Below, in pieces: positions 17,308 to 26,701 of a stretch of DNA of 58,673 bases (the stretch's first letter is position 1; every line of letters starts with the position of its first letter). A program made the translations under genes and the position numbers. The notes below the pieces were generated by a model, which was not told where the DNA came from, made no database searches, and saw only the letters and a list, made by a program, of their open reading frames with translations. Origin of the DNA: Clostridia bacterium (GTDB lineage Bacteria; Bacillota; Clostridia; Oscillospirales; CAG-272); assembly GCA_017399105.1 (NCBI GenBank), contig JAFQEJ010000018.1:1-58673 (forward strand). Reading direction: 5' to 3'.

Positions 17308-18966
17308 ATGAAATTCTTACGTCCCACATCGGATATTGTCTACCCCAAGAGCGATATCATTTCCTCTCTTACAAAACACGAGAGCATCAGCGTTTCCAAG
17401 TCGGATATTTACACCGGCGGCCCGCAATTTATCGCCAAGCTGTATACCGAGGCGCTCTCCCGCTGTCCTACCGGTGCAGAATTTGCTGATGCAACCGCTC
17501 ACATCAAGGAACAGGGCTGCACCAAGAAAATGCTGGCGGTGCTTGCCTGCGAGATCTTCAGCTCGGATGCGTATCAGAAGGCGGCACTGACCCGCGATGA
17601 AATATGCTTTACCCTCTACCGTGCGATTCTCTCCCGTGATCCAATGGGGGAAGAGCTTGCTTCCTTCAACGGTGATGCTGTGACTGCTGTAAAGGCACTG
17701 ATTGCGGGTGCTGAGTTTGATGCATTGATGGAGGGGATTATTAAAGGTCCCTACTTCTGGCATGGAACCAACTACGAGTGCTATACGGGATCGCAGGTGA
17801 TGCTTGCTTCCGAGGTACAGAAGCTGCTGAGACCGGATACGGTCACCGCACTTCCGCAGGGGACGCTTGTGATTGTTGATGAAACGATCAATATGCCCAT
17901 CGGTGCCAAGCTGATCACTGAGGGAGAGCCGACCCATTACGCCAAGATGGCGCGTTTTCTGCGTCAGCGTGATACCGAAAAATATTATGATCTTCTCAGA
18001 CTCAGCGACAGCTGCGATATCCGCTCAATTTTCGTGGACGGCGCGCTTTCGGAATATCATGACAAGCTGATTCCTCCGACTCCTGTGATGGTGCTGGGCA
18101 ATTCAACCTCGGTGACAGACTGCCGTGTGTCCGATTCGATCAGCAGCGTGAATATTTTCATCGGTGCACAGCATGATGTTTATATTGCCCGCAATTTGAT
18201 CACCGCTTATGCTTCGGATCATGATCGAACCTGGCAGGATGGCATCCATAATAAGGCTTACGACGCGCTGATCGAATATAATGAAGTTGTAGATTCGACC
18301 GATGCGCCGATTGTGACCTTCCGTTATTTGCTGAATACACCCGATTACGATCACAAGCGGGCGCAAAATTCGATCATCCGCTTCAATAAGATTTTCAATG
18401 CGGGTAATTCTGCCTACTGTGCGCATGATTTTGAGACAGTGCATTATCTGAAGGTAGGACAGTCTGCCAAGGACGATGCTAATATGACAGGGCTTGTCAG
18501 CTATCATAATGAAATATGGTCATCCTGGCGCGCGCATTTTCACATGATTGCAACCTTCTCTACCGTGCCGTGGCAGGGCTCGGATAATAACGATATGGCA
18601 CATGGAGGTTCCTTCTACAACAATTGCACACCAGAGGGATGCTTTGCCCTCTGTGCCTGCGGAATCAATGCAGATAAGGTCCAGAATGCGGCAATTCGCG
18701 GCAACCGCTTTACCCTATATCTTGGTGATTGGTGCCGTTCCGATCCGAGATTGGGCAAAAGAGCCTACAGCGTGCACGCTGATAACTGCAGCGGTGATTT
18801 TCAGCCGGGATATAGTGATATGGCGATGTATACAGAGAAGGAGACCTTTATTATTAATCTGATTGGCGGACTGCAGCTTGAAGCTGAGGACAGCGTTTTA
18901 CTTGAGAGATGGGAGCTTTGCGAGGGCAGAGTAACCATTCCGATCGAGCGTTTTATGTCAAGATAA
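17308..18966 (+). CDS. Signal-less paralog B' of lipoprotein B (DUF4214-like + beta-helix + Cys cluster)
   Basis: About 60% identity to residues ~185-738 of B over its full length. No hydrophobic N-terminus (MKFLRPTSDIVYPKSD...). GAGGTGA sits 8 nt before the ATG at 17308. Confidence 0.55.
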   Translation: MKFLRPTSDIVYPKSDIISSLTKHESISVSKSDIYTGGPQFIAKLYTEALSRCPTGAEFADATAHIKEQGCTKKMLAVLACEIFSSDAYQKAALTRDEICFTLYRAILSRDPMGEELASFNGDAVTAVKALIAGAEFDALMEGIIKGPYFWHGTNYECYTGSQVMLASEVQKLLRPDTVTALPQGTLVIVDETINMPIGAKLITEGEPTHYAKMARFLRQRDTEKYYDLLRLSDSCDIRSIFVDGALSEYHDKLIPPTPVMVLGNSTSVTDCRVSDSISSVNIFIGAQHDVYIARNLITAYASDHDRTWQDGIHNKAYDALIEYNEVVDSTDAPIVTFRYLLNTPDYDHKRAQNSIIRFNKIFNAGNSAYCAHDFETVHYLKVGQSAKDDANMTGLVSYHNEIWSSWRAHFHMIATFSTVPWQGSDNNDMAHGGSFYNNCTPEGCFALCACGINADKVQNAAIRGNRFTLYLGDWCRSDPRLGKRAYSVHADNCSGDFQPGYSDMAMYTEKETFIINLIGGLQLEAEDSVLLERWELCEGRVTIPIERFMSR

Positions 18967-19065
18967 GGAAAATCTGACAACGTTTTTGACCGATTGGAAT
19001 TGACAAAAAGATCAAACAGCGGTATAATAATGAAAATTGAGTTCATAGTAAGGAAGGATTTGCCT

Positions 19066-20694
19066 ATGAGAAGATTTTCTGTTATACTGCTGTTTTTCTG
19101 TCTTTTGTGGGGATTGATCTCCTGCGGCGAGTCATCGTCAGATGGCACGGAAAGCGAAATACCACCTGATCATGCACAGCCGGTCGTTGAAAAGTTCTAT
19201 CAGATTGTGCGCTCGGATGATTCGAGCAAGACGCTGACAAGTGCAGCGGTGGCATTGAAAAACGCGATTCGTGATAGGGCAGGCTATGATATTGTGCTGA
19301 CCACCGACTGGGACAAAAATCCGGTTGAGGAATACGAGATTCTGATCGGTGAGACCCTTCGAGCTGAGTCGGATGTTGGTGAGCTTGATGCTTCCACCTT
19401 TGTTGTGCGTGAAGTCGGAACAAAAATCGTTATCACCGGCGGCAGTGAAAATGCTGTTATCGCAGGTATCAATTACTTTATTGAGGAGTATGTGAATAAA
19501 ATGGAGAATACAGGAAAGTTTGCACCCCCCACGGGGATCGATGTGAGCGATTCAACGCTCAACCGTCTGCTTGCTCTGAAAACAGATGGATCCTCCAAGA
19601 AGAAGGCATACAGCGATTACATCAAAACATACACCGAGAAGCAGCTTCTCAGCTTCGATGATCTGGATACAAAGAGCCTTCGTACAGCAGATGGCGTGGA
19701 GATCGACTCCACTTATATGCGCGAAGGCAGTGGTGCCATGCGCTGGACTTTGGATAAGGATTACAATGATCTTGTACAGATGATGCAGGTTTCTCGCAAT
19801 GCCTTTGAATTTGCGGTAAAGGATAAGAGAACGACTACATTGAAATTCTGGCTCTTTATCAATGATACCGATCTGATATCCTGCGACCATGATTCTCAAT
19901 ACGGAATCCAGGAGAATCAGGCAACCTTCTTCATCCGTGTGACCGACAAAAACGGACGTACTTACTGCTGGAATCATACCATCACCGATAACGGCTGGCA
20001 CGAAATTGAGCTTTCCTTCAATGTACACAACGGTGTTGATGCCGATTTTGATTATGATCACATCACCGGCTTTTGGATCATGTTCTCGGGTAAAGCTGGG
20101 GCGGTTGTAGAACTGGACGACCTGCGTGCTGTGGAATATACAACCGATTACAAGCCCGAGGCAGTTCCCGCTGAATGGCGCGTGATTACAGATGCGGAAT
20201 ATGATGCGCTTGATGGTGCGATTGTCCAGGAATGGTACGGTACATATTACGATACTGAGGATAAGGTACAGGGCAAGTCTTCGCTTTGCTGTGAAGGTGA
20301 TGCTTCGGTTAATGATTTCCGTTTGATCATTGCAAACACCAGTATCCCCCTGGATTATGATCAGGATGTGCTGGTTTTCTGGATGAAACTGGAGAAGTTT
20401 GCTTCCTGCAATGGACTCTTCCTTGAGCTGAATCATGTACAGGATCAGCATGAGTATGAGAAGTCGGTTTCTCTGGATGAACTGAAGGCATACGGTCTTG
20501 ACAAGGAAAACGAATGGTGTCAGGTTGTCATTCCGCTCACCGATTTCAAACAGAATCTGAAGCCCGATGTATACGGCAAGGGCGAGGATATTGTGATGCA
20601 GAATTTTCGCTTTGTTATGAATCCTGTTTCCGGTATGGATTATAAAGTTCATATGGATCGCGCATATTTTACCACAAAGGATGCGCTGAATTGA
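19066..20694 (+). CDS. Lipoprotein C: shared N-terminal module + two putative beta-sandwich (CBM-like) domains
   Basis: MRRFSVILLFFCLLWGLISCG lipobox; AGGAAGGA sits 7 nt before the ATG at 19066. The N-module aligns with A and B. The C-terminal half is Trp/aromatic-rich and strand-like (KFWLFINDTD..., VLVFWMKLEKF...). Confidence 0.5.
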   Translation: MRRFSVILLFFCLLWGLISCGESSSDGTESEIPPDHAQPVVEKFYQIVRSDDSSKTLTSAAVALKNAIRDRAGYDIVLTTDWDKNPVEEYEILIGETLRAESDVGELDASTFVVREVGTKIVITGGSENAVIAGINYFIEEYVNKMENTGKFAPPTGIDVSDSTLNRLLALKTDGSSKKKAYSDYIKTYTEKQLLSFDDLDTKSLRTADGVEIDSTYMREGSGAMRWTLDKDYNDLVQMMQVSRNAFEFAVKDKRTTTLKFWLFINDTDLISCDHDSQYGIQENQATFFIRVTDKNGRTYCWNHTITDNGWHEIELSFNVHNGVDADFDYDHITGFWIMFSGKAGAVVELDDLRAVEYTTDYKPEAVPAEWRVITDAEYDALDGAIVQEWYGTYYDTEDKVQGKSSLCCEGDASVNDFRLIIANTSIPLDYDQDVLVFWMKLEKFASCNGLFLELNHVQDQHEYEKSVSLDELKAYGLDKENEWCQVVIPLTDFKQNLKPDVYGKGEDIVMQNFRFVMNPVSGMDYKVHMDRAYFTTKDALN

Positions 20695-20738
20695 GATTCT
20701 ACCGGCGAGAAGTGGATTTCATTTACTAAGTAAAAATT

Positions 20739-20770
20739 GGGGTTGACGTTATAAAAGCGTCAACCCTTTT
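20739..20770. terminator. Bidirectional terminator between lipoprotein C and the AI-2E transporter gene
   Basis: GGGTTGACG-ttataaaag-CGTCAACCC flanked by A/T runs on both sides. Confidence 0.8.
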
Positions 20771-20778
20771 GACTTTTA

Positions 20779-21903
20779 TTAAGTTTTGATTTTGTTTTTT
20801 GGCTCTTTTTTATTCATATCATCCCTTACGATGCGATATATGGCTGCTGTTATCGGAACGCCGAGAAGCATGCCCGAGACACCTGCAATACCGCCGCCGA
20901 TTGTGACTGCCGCAAGCACCCAGATACCAGGGAGTCCGATGGAAGAACCAACTACGCGGGGATAGATGATATTGCCTTCAAGCTGTTGGAGAACAACAAT
21001 GAAGATTAGGAAAAGAAGTGCTTGCATGGGGGATTCGGTCAGAATCATGAAAGCTCCAACACCTGCGCCAATATATGCACCTGCTATGGGAATCAGAGCT
21101 GTAAAGGCCGTCAGTGCGCCGATCATGGTAGCGTAGGGGAATCGGAAGATCATCATGCCAACGGTGCAGAGCAGACCGAGAATCACAGCCTCTGTACACT
21201 GTCCAACCACATATTTATGCATACAGTCCTCAAAGGTGACAAAAATATAATGAAGCTTGTCATAAATACCGCTCTTCAGATAATGACGCAGGACACGACC
21301 AGTCTGGGAGAGGAGCTTATCCTTGCTGATGAGCAGATAGACCGCAAAGATAATCGCCAGCAGGGCGGTAACAATACCCGAGAACACCGAGGTAACTGTT
21401 TTAAATACCGTGTCGACGACACTTCCCATACCTGAAGTGAGCATGTTGAATATTTCACCGATACGGGATTTCCAGTCGATTTCAGACAGAAATTTAAAGT
21501 TTTCGTCTGACAGAATTCCGTGATCTTCCAGCCAGATCAGCACAACCTCGATGTAACCGGGCAGCTCAGCTACAAGCAGCTTCACGCAGGAGACAAGCTC
21601 GGGCAGTACCAGACCGATTATGAGTGCGATAATGGCAACCATTGAGAGGATTGCAGCGACAAGACAGACCGGGCGGCGGCTTTTGATCAGAAGCTTTTTA
21701 CTTGTATGGGGAAAATAATTACGTTCATAACAGCTCATGAGAATGTTGAGCAGATAAGCAATGACACCGCCGATGATCAGCGGGACTGCAGCTGTGAAGA
21801 TTGCAGAAAAAATCTCAGCTGCCACTTCCCAGTAGTATACACAGAGAAAGATTGCCACAATACCGGCACCAAAGAGAAGATAACGTTTGGTCTCGGGCTT
21901 CAT
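20779..21903 (-). CDS. AI-2E family transporter (PerM/YhhT-like)
   Basis: About 374-aa polytopic membrane protein with a family-typical C-terminal GVPITAAIYRIV block. The likely start is MKPETKR at 21903, with AAAGGA 8 nt upstream. Confidence 0.75.
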   Translation of the reverse strand: MKPETKRYLLFGAGIVAIFLCVYYWEVAAEIFSAIFTAAVPLIIGGVIAYLLNILMSCYERNYFPHTSKKLLIKSRRPVCLVAAILSMVAIIALIIGLVLPELVSCVKLLVAELPGYIEVVLIWLEDHGILSDENFKFLSEIDWKSRIGEIFNMLTSGMGSVVDTVFKTVTSVFSGIVTALLAIIFAVYLLISKDKLLSQTGRVLRHYLKSGIYDKLHYIFVTFEDCMHKYVVGQCTEAVILGLLCTVGMMIFRFPYATMIGALTAFTALIPIAGAYIGAGVGAFMILTESPMQALLFLIFIVVLQQLEGNIIYPRVVGSSIGLPGIWVLAAVTIGGGIAGVSGMLLGVPITAAIYRIVRDDMNKKEPKNKIKT

Positions 21904-22192
21904 ATCATTTGCCGTCCTTTCAGATAAAGTCATATCTGGCACTATTATAATACAGATCGGATCAATTTGCAACCGAAACATAAGAACATTTTGTGACAGA
22001 TTTTATGAAATATCTGTCAGCGAAGTGATCATGCTCGGTGGTTGGTGAAGACGTAGTAAGAAATGTCATATCATCATATTAAAAAATGCCATATAAGGCA
22101 CAAGTTTTTCCATGTAAATCGCCCGAAAATGTAGTATAATATAAATAAAATGCGGGTTTTGACGGTGAGTATGCCGAAAGGAGGATGGCTGC

Positions 22193-23014
22193 ATGCTTAA
22201 GCAGATCGGTGTAAAAGACGAATTCAACATCAAAATTGCGGCAGCGTTCGGTATGGCTGACACCATCGATGAGGTATATTCCAAAGATAGAATTCGCGAT
22301 GAATATGTCATCCATTTTATCATCAGCGGCAGCGGTTACTTCAACGGTGTGAAGCTCCATCAGAATCAGGGATTTATTGTCCGTCCTTTCATTGAAAATG
22401 AATACCATTATGACAGCGAGGATCCCTGGACATATATCTGGATTATCCTGCGAGGGGCAGAAGCTTCGGGAATTCTTGCAAAATACGGTTTATCGGGCGA
22501 TATGGAAACCTTTGATTATGAATTTCAGAACAATTTCTATGAAGCATACCGTGCGTTAATTGCGGGAGATGACAGCTATGCATCTTATGATTTTCTCATG
22601 GGACTGATGCATATGATGCTTTCTTTTGTACGTATTGATGAAACAAAGCCGAAGTTCAATCGCGGTGAAACACTTGCCATTGAGGCGGTTCGATATATCG
22701 ATCAGAATTACTGCAGAGGGATCAATATTTCGGATATCGCAGCACATTTTTTTGTTTCACACGGCTACCTCAGTAATATATTCTCGAAATATATCGGGGT
22801 ATCACCTAAAGAGTATCTTACTACTGTGCGGGCGCAGCGCTCAAGAGATCTGCTTACCGAAACCGAATATCCGATATCCAAGATCAGTAAGCTAGTGGGG
22901 TACGATGATTCGATGCAATTTTCAAAATTTTTCAAGAACCGTGTCGGAATGTCACCCACAGAGTACCGAGAGCTGCGGAAGAAAGAACAGAATAAAAATC
23001 AAGAGGATGCGTGA
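22193..23014 (+). CDS. AraC-family transcriptional regulator (cupin sensor + AraC HTH)
   Basis: C-terminal HTH_18 blocks (ISDIAAHFFVSHGYLSNIFSKYIGVSPKEYL...) and an N-terminal cupin-like domain. Confidence 0.85.
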   Translation: MLKQIGVKDEFNIKIAAAFGMADTIDEVYSKDRIRDEYVIHFIISGSGYFNGVKLHQNQGFIVRPFIENEYHYDSEDPWTYIWIILRGAEASGILAKYGLSGDMETFDYEFQNNFYEAYRALIAGDDSYASYDFLMGLMHMMLSFVRIDETKPKFNRGETLAIEAVRYIDQNYCRGINISDIAAHFFVSHGYLSNIFSKYIGVSPKEYLTTVRAQRSRDLLTETEYPISKISKLVGYDDSMQFSKFFKNRVGMSPTEYRELRKKEQNKNQEDA

Positions 23015-23035
23015 AAATGCATCCTCTTGATTTTG
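23000..23035. terminator. Bidirectional terminator between the AraC gene and the GH2 gene
   Basis: CAAGAGGATGC-gtgaaaat-GCATCCTCTTG followed by ATTTT. It overlaps the AraC stop codon. Confidence 0.7.
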
Positions 23036-23038
23036 CAG

Positions 23039-25495
23039 TTAACCCATATAAGAATAGAGAATCTTGCCGCTCTTGCTTCCCAGCTTGACCTTATAGGGAC
23101 GGCCGGGGAAGAGATCGAAGAAGTTATCGCCAAGGTCACCGTCCTCTCCGTCAAGATCCAGACAGACGCCGAAGACAAAGGCGTCAGATGTGAAGGTGGC
23201 ATAACCGTCAGAAATTTCCACCTTGATTTCCGATTTGCACATGCCAAGAATATTGTAGGCTTTGTCAACAAAACGGCGACGTGCAAGGGATTCGCCATCA
23301 ACAGCAAGCTCCGCAAAGGGAATCGCACCCTCGGGAAGATTGTTGATCTGTGCGATGACTGCAGAATTGTTAACAGGAAGCATTACATTAAGCTCGCTGA
23401 GCGATATATTGCTGCCGTCGGGCATTGCATAGCCATAAGTCAGCTTTCCTGCCTTAGCTTCAAGATGCTCGCTGATGCCGTAGATATCAAAGCCTACGGC
23501 AGTTTTGACAATATCCACCGTTACGGGAGCGAAGCTGCGCTTGACACCCCAGAATGCGGGTGTGCGGTTGCGGAGATAGTCAACAGTTGTCCAGGAGCGG
23601 GTTGCAGGCCAGCAGTCGTTGTACATCCAGAAGATTGCCGAGGAGGTGGTATCATTCATGCGGCGGCGGAAGTTGAGAATATACTCGGTAAGCCCTTCAC
23701 CCTGCAGAAAACCGCCGTAGTAAACATAGTCGGGGATTGAAAGCTTCTGCAGATCTTCGGTCATACCCAGTTTTTCGGAGAGCAGCATGATGGGATCTTT
23801 GGACCAGTCGGAAACCGAATTATCATGAAGCTTGAAATCATGGGAATACATATATTCCTGCCCTTTTCCCAGCGAAGCCATCATATTGGGAAGCGAAGTG
23901 GGGCCAAGGATGCCGCCCTCGTTGGGGAATCGGCTTTCCATAGTGCGATAGGTGAAGTAATCCAGATTGTGGAAGCCGATTGCCCAGGGATGCTGGTCGC
24001 CTGTCTCGTGTTCTGTGGGGCTGCGTCCGTCGGGAGACCATGGGCTGGAAGGCTGGTAATAGTGATTATCGCCTTCATAATTTAACAAACGGGGAATCAG
24101 AACATAATAAAGCGATGCATCGGTGTATTTATCAATGCGGGCGGTACCGTTCATGAACTGATCGATTTCATTATTGCCGCAGTAGATAACAGGTGAAGCA
24201 TAGACTGACATACGGCGGATATTATGCTTGACTTCGGCGATATAGCTGTCGATGAATTCGCGGTCCCAGGCGGGATAGGTTGCACAGGCACCGACAAAAT
24301 CCTGCCATACGACAATACCCCGCTCATCGCAGAGATCATAGAAATCGTCTGTCTCGTAGAGTCCGCCGCCCCAAACACGGAGTGCATTGAAGTTGTTTTC
24401 CACCGCACGGTCGATGAGCACCTCATAACGGTCACGGGTGAGACGGGACATCAGAATATCATGGGGGATCATATTTCCGCCCTTGGCAAATAGCTGATGT
24501 CCGTTGATGATCAATTTATAATAACGGCCGCCTGCGGGACGGAGAGACTGATCGATTTCCACGCGGCGCAGACCGACACGCTTAGTGATACAGCTCAGAA
24601 TACTTCCGCTTGCACAGTCGGTGATTTTGATTTCGATGCTGTAGCGGTAGGGCTCACCGTGGCCGATAGGATTCCAAAGCTTAGGCTGATCAATGGTGAG
24701 CTGAAGGGGGATGAACTGATCTTCTTTGCTTTCGGTGAATGTTTTTTCAACAGAGGTGCTTACGCCTGTTTCAAGGACGGTGACCTCTGCACGGATTGTG
24801 CGCTCACCCTTGACAGTCAGATACTGACGAAGGCGGAGAGATGCACTGCTGTAGTCTTCTGCAAGATCGTGGAAGATGGAGAACTCATCAACAAAGAAAG
24901 GGGCGATCTCAATGCGGCAGGGCTTGACAATACCCACATTGAGCAGTTGGGGAGACCAGTCCCATTCATATTCCGACTGGGGACGGCGGCAGTACATGCG
25001 TTTGAGAATTGCAGCAGCCCTACGGTTGCAGTAAAGATCTTCGGTGGATTTGTTTTCTGTCTCAAAGAAGCCGCTGTCGAGGCGCACATCAATGTGGTTT
25101 TCACCGGGCATCGCCAGATCTGTGATGTCGAGACGGCAGGGATAATAGGCATTGCAATGCTTGCCAACAAAATTACCGTTTATATAGATATATGCGGCAT
25201 ATTCCAGTCCTTCAAAGACAATGCGAAGGCGGTTGTCCTCGGTAAGATCCTCTGCTGTCAGCGTAAAGCTGCGGGAATAAAGCCAATACTGCTGCTCAAT
25301 GAAGCGGGCATTGTAGATATTGCGTCCAAGATGTACATCTCCGATGTCAGGCTCCAGCATCTCCTGTACTGTACCCGGAACCTGTGCGTCGTAGGTAGGC
25401 TGAAAGGGATTATGTCTCGGCCAGATGTGGATGCCTCCGCGCTCACTGCTGGAGCCCTGGCATTTCCATGTGCCGTTCAGATCGATAATTTTCAT
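23039..25495 (-). CDS. Glycoside hydrolase family 2, beta-mannosidase-like
   Basis: 818 aa with an MKIIDLNGTWKCQ N-terminus and a GH2 sugar-binding/TIM-barrel layout. The WQDFVGACATYP block resembles the WQDFMFA motif of beta-mannosidases. Confidence 0.7.
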   Translation of the reverse strand: MKIIDLNGTWKCQGSSSERGGIHIWPRHNPFQPTYDAQVPGTVQEMLEPDIGDVHLGRNIYNARFIEQQYWLYSRSFTLTAEDLTEDNRLRIVFEGLEYAAYIYINGNFVGKHCNAYYPCRLDITDLAMPGENHIDVRLDSGFFETENKSTEDLYCNRRAAAILKRMYCRRPQSEYEWDWSPQLLNVGIVKPCRIEIAPFFVDEFSIFHDLAEDYSSASLRLRQYLTVKGERTIRAEVTVLETGVSTSVEKTFTESKEDQFIPLQLTIDQPKLWNPIGHGEPYRYSIEIKITDCASGSILSCITKRVGLRRVEIDQSLRPAGGRYYKLIINGHQLFAKGGNMIPHDILMSRLTRDRYEVLIDRAVENNFNALRVWGGGLYETDDFYDLCDERGIVVWQDFVGACATYPAWDREFIDSYIAEVKHNIRRMSVYASPVIYCGNNEIDQFMNGTARIDKYTDASLYYVLIPRLLNYEGDNHYYQPSSPWSPDGRSPTEHETGDQHPWAIGFHNLDYFTYRTMESRFPNEGGILGPTSLPNMMASLGKGQEYMYSHDFKLHDNSVSDWSKDPIMLLSEKLGMTEDLQKLSIPDYVYYGGFLQGEGLTEYILNFRRRMNDTTSSAIFWMYNDCWPATRSWTTVDYLRNRTPAFWGVKRSFAPVTVDIVKTAVGFDIYGISEHLEAKAGKLTYGYAMPDGSNISLSELNVMLPVNNSAVIAQINNLPEGAIPFAELAVDGESLARRRFVDKAYNILGMCKSEIKVEISDGYATFTSDAFVFGVCLDLDGEDGDLGDNFFDLFPGRPYKVKLGSKSGKILYSYMG

Positions 25496-25598
25496 ATGGT
25501 TTTCTCCTTTTAATCGGATAGATTACTATGTTCAGTATACCACGAACCGGTGTCAAAAGCAAGTGAATCACCGATTTCACAAAAAAATCGATACAAGC

Positions 25599-25643
25599 GC
25601 AGAAATCTGCTAAAAAAAATGCAGCTCCGCAATGGAACTGCAT
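25599..25643 (-). terminator. Rho-independent terminator after aroF
   Basis: On the minus strand: ATGCAG-ttccattgcggag-CTGCAT followed by UUUUUUUU. Confidence 0.65.
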
Positions 25644-25651
25644 ATGAAGTG

Positions 25652-26680
25652 TTAAAGCTGATCTGCGAGATCATAAATGAGATGTTCGGTCTTCTCCCAG
25701 CCGAGACAGGGATCGGTGATTGATTTGCCATAGATATGCTCACCGATTTTCTGGCAGCCGTCCTCAATGTAGCTCTCGATCATAAGACCCTTTACAAGCT
25801 TCTTGATATCGTTATTGTGGCGGCAGCTGTGGAGAATTTCCTTAGAGATACGAATCTGCTCGAGATAATTCTTGCCCGAGTTTGAGTGGTTGGTGTCAAC
25901 AATCAATGCGGGATTTTTCAGCTCGGAGCGATGGTAAGCGTCAGCGAGCTTGGCAAGATCTTCATAGTGATAGTTGGGGAAGGAATTGCCGCGCTCATCC
26001 ACATAGCCGCGGAGAATAGCATGGGTGTAAGGATTACCCTCGCTCTGAACCTCCCATCCGCGGTAGATGAAGGTGTGCGAATGCTGTGCGGCGAAGATCG
26101 AGTTCATCATAACCGAGAGGTCGCCGCTGGTGGGATTCTTCATACCAACGGGGATATTGAGACCGCTGGCGGTCATGCGGTGGTGCTGATCCTCAACCGA
26201 ACGCGCACCGACTGCTACATAAGCGAGCAGGTCGTTGAGATAGCGGTGATTTTCGGGATAGAGCATTTCTTCCGCACAGCTGAAGCCGCTTTCCTTCAGA
26301 GCGCGCAGATGAAGCTCGCGGATGGCAATGATGCCTTTGAGCAGATCGGAGCGTCCTTCGGGGTTGGGTTGATGAATCATACCCTTGTAGCCTTCGCCTG
26401 TGGTGCGGGGCTTACCGGTGTATATGCGGGGGATGATGATGATTTTATCTTCTACCTTATCCTGCACCTTGCGCAGACGGGAGATGTAGTCGAGCACGCT
26501 GTCGGCAGAATCTGCAGAGCAGGGACCGATGACAAGAAGGAACTTTTCCGACTCGCCTGTAAAAATTTTCTTGATTTCCAGATCGCGGGCAGCCTTGATT
26601 GCCGCATATTCTTCGGGTACCGGATATTCCGCCTTGATGTCCATAGGAATGGTCAGCTTGCGGATAAAATTCATATTCAT
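25652..26680 (-). CDS. aroF: 3-deoxy-7-phosphoheptulonate (DAHP) synthase, class I
   Basis: 342 aa with the IYTGKPRTTGEGYKG motif. Confidence 0.85.
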   Translation of the reverse strand: MNMNFIRKLTIPMDIKAEYPVPEEYAAIKAARDLEIKKIFTGESEKFLLVIGPCSADSADSVLDYISRLRKVQDKVEDKIIIIPRIYTGKPRTTGEGYKGMIHQPNPEGRSDLLKGIIAIRELHLRALKESGFSCAEEMLYPENHRYLNDLLAYVAVGARSVEDQHHRMTASGLNIPVGMKNPTSGDLSVMMNSIFAAQHSHTFIYRGWEVQSEGNPYTHAILRGYVDERGNSFPNYHYEDLAKLADAYHRSELKNPALIVDTNHSNSGKNYLEQIRISKEILHSCRHNNDIKKLVKGLMIESYIEDGCQKIGEHIYGKSITDPCLGWEKTEHLIYDLADQL

Positions 26681-26701
26681 AAGTCAATATCTCCCTTGCT
26701 A

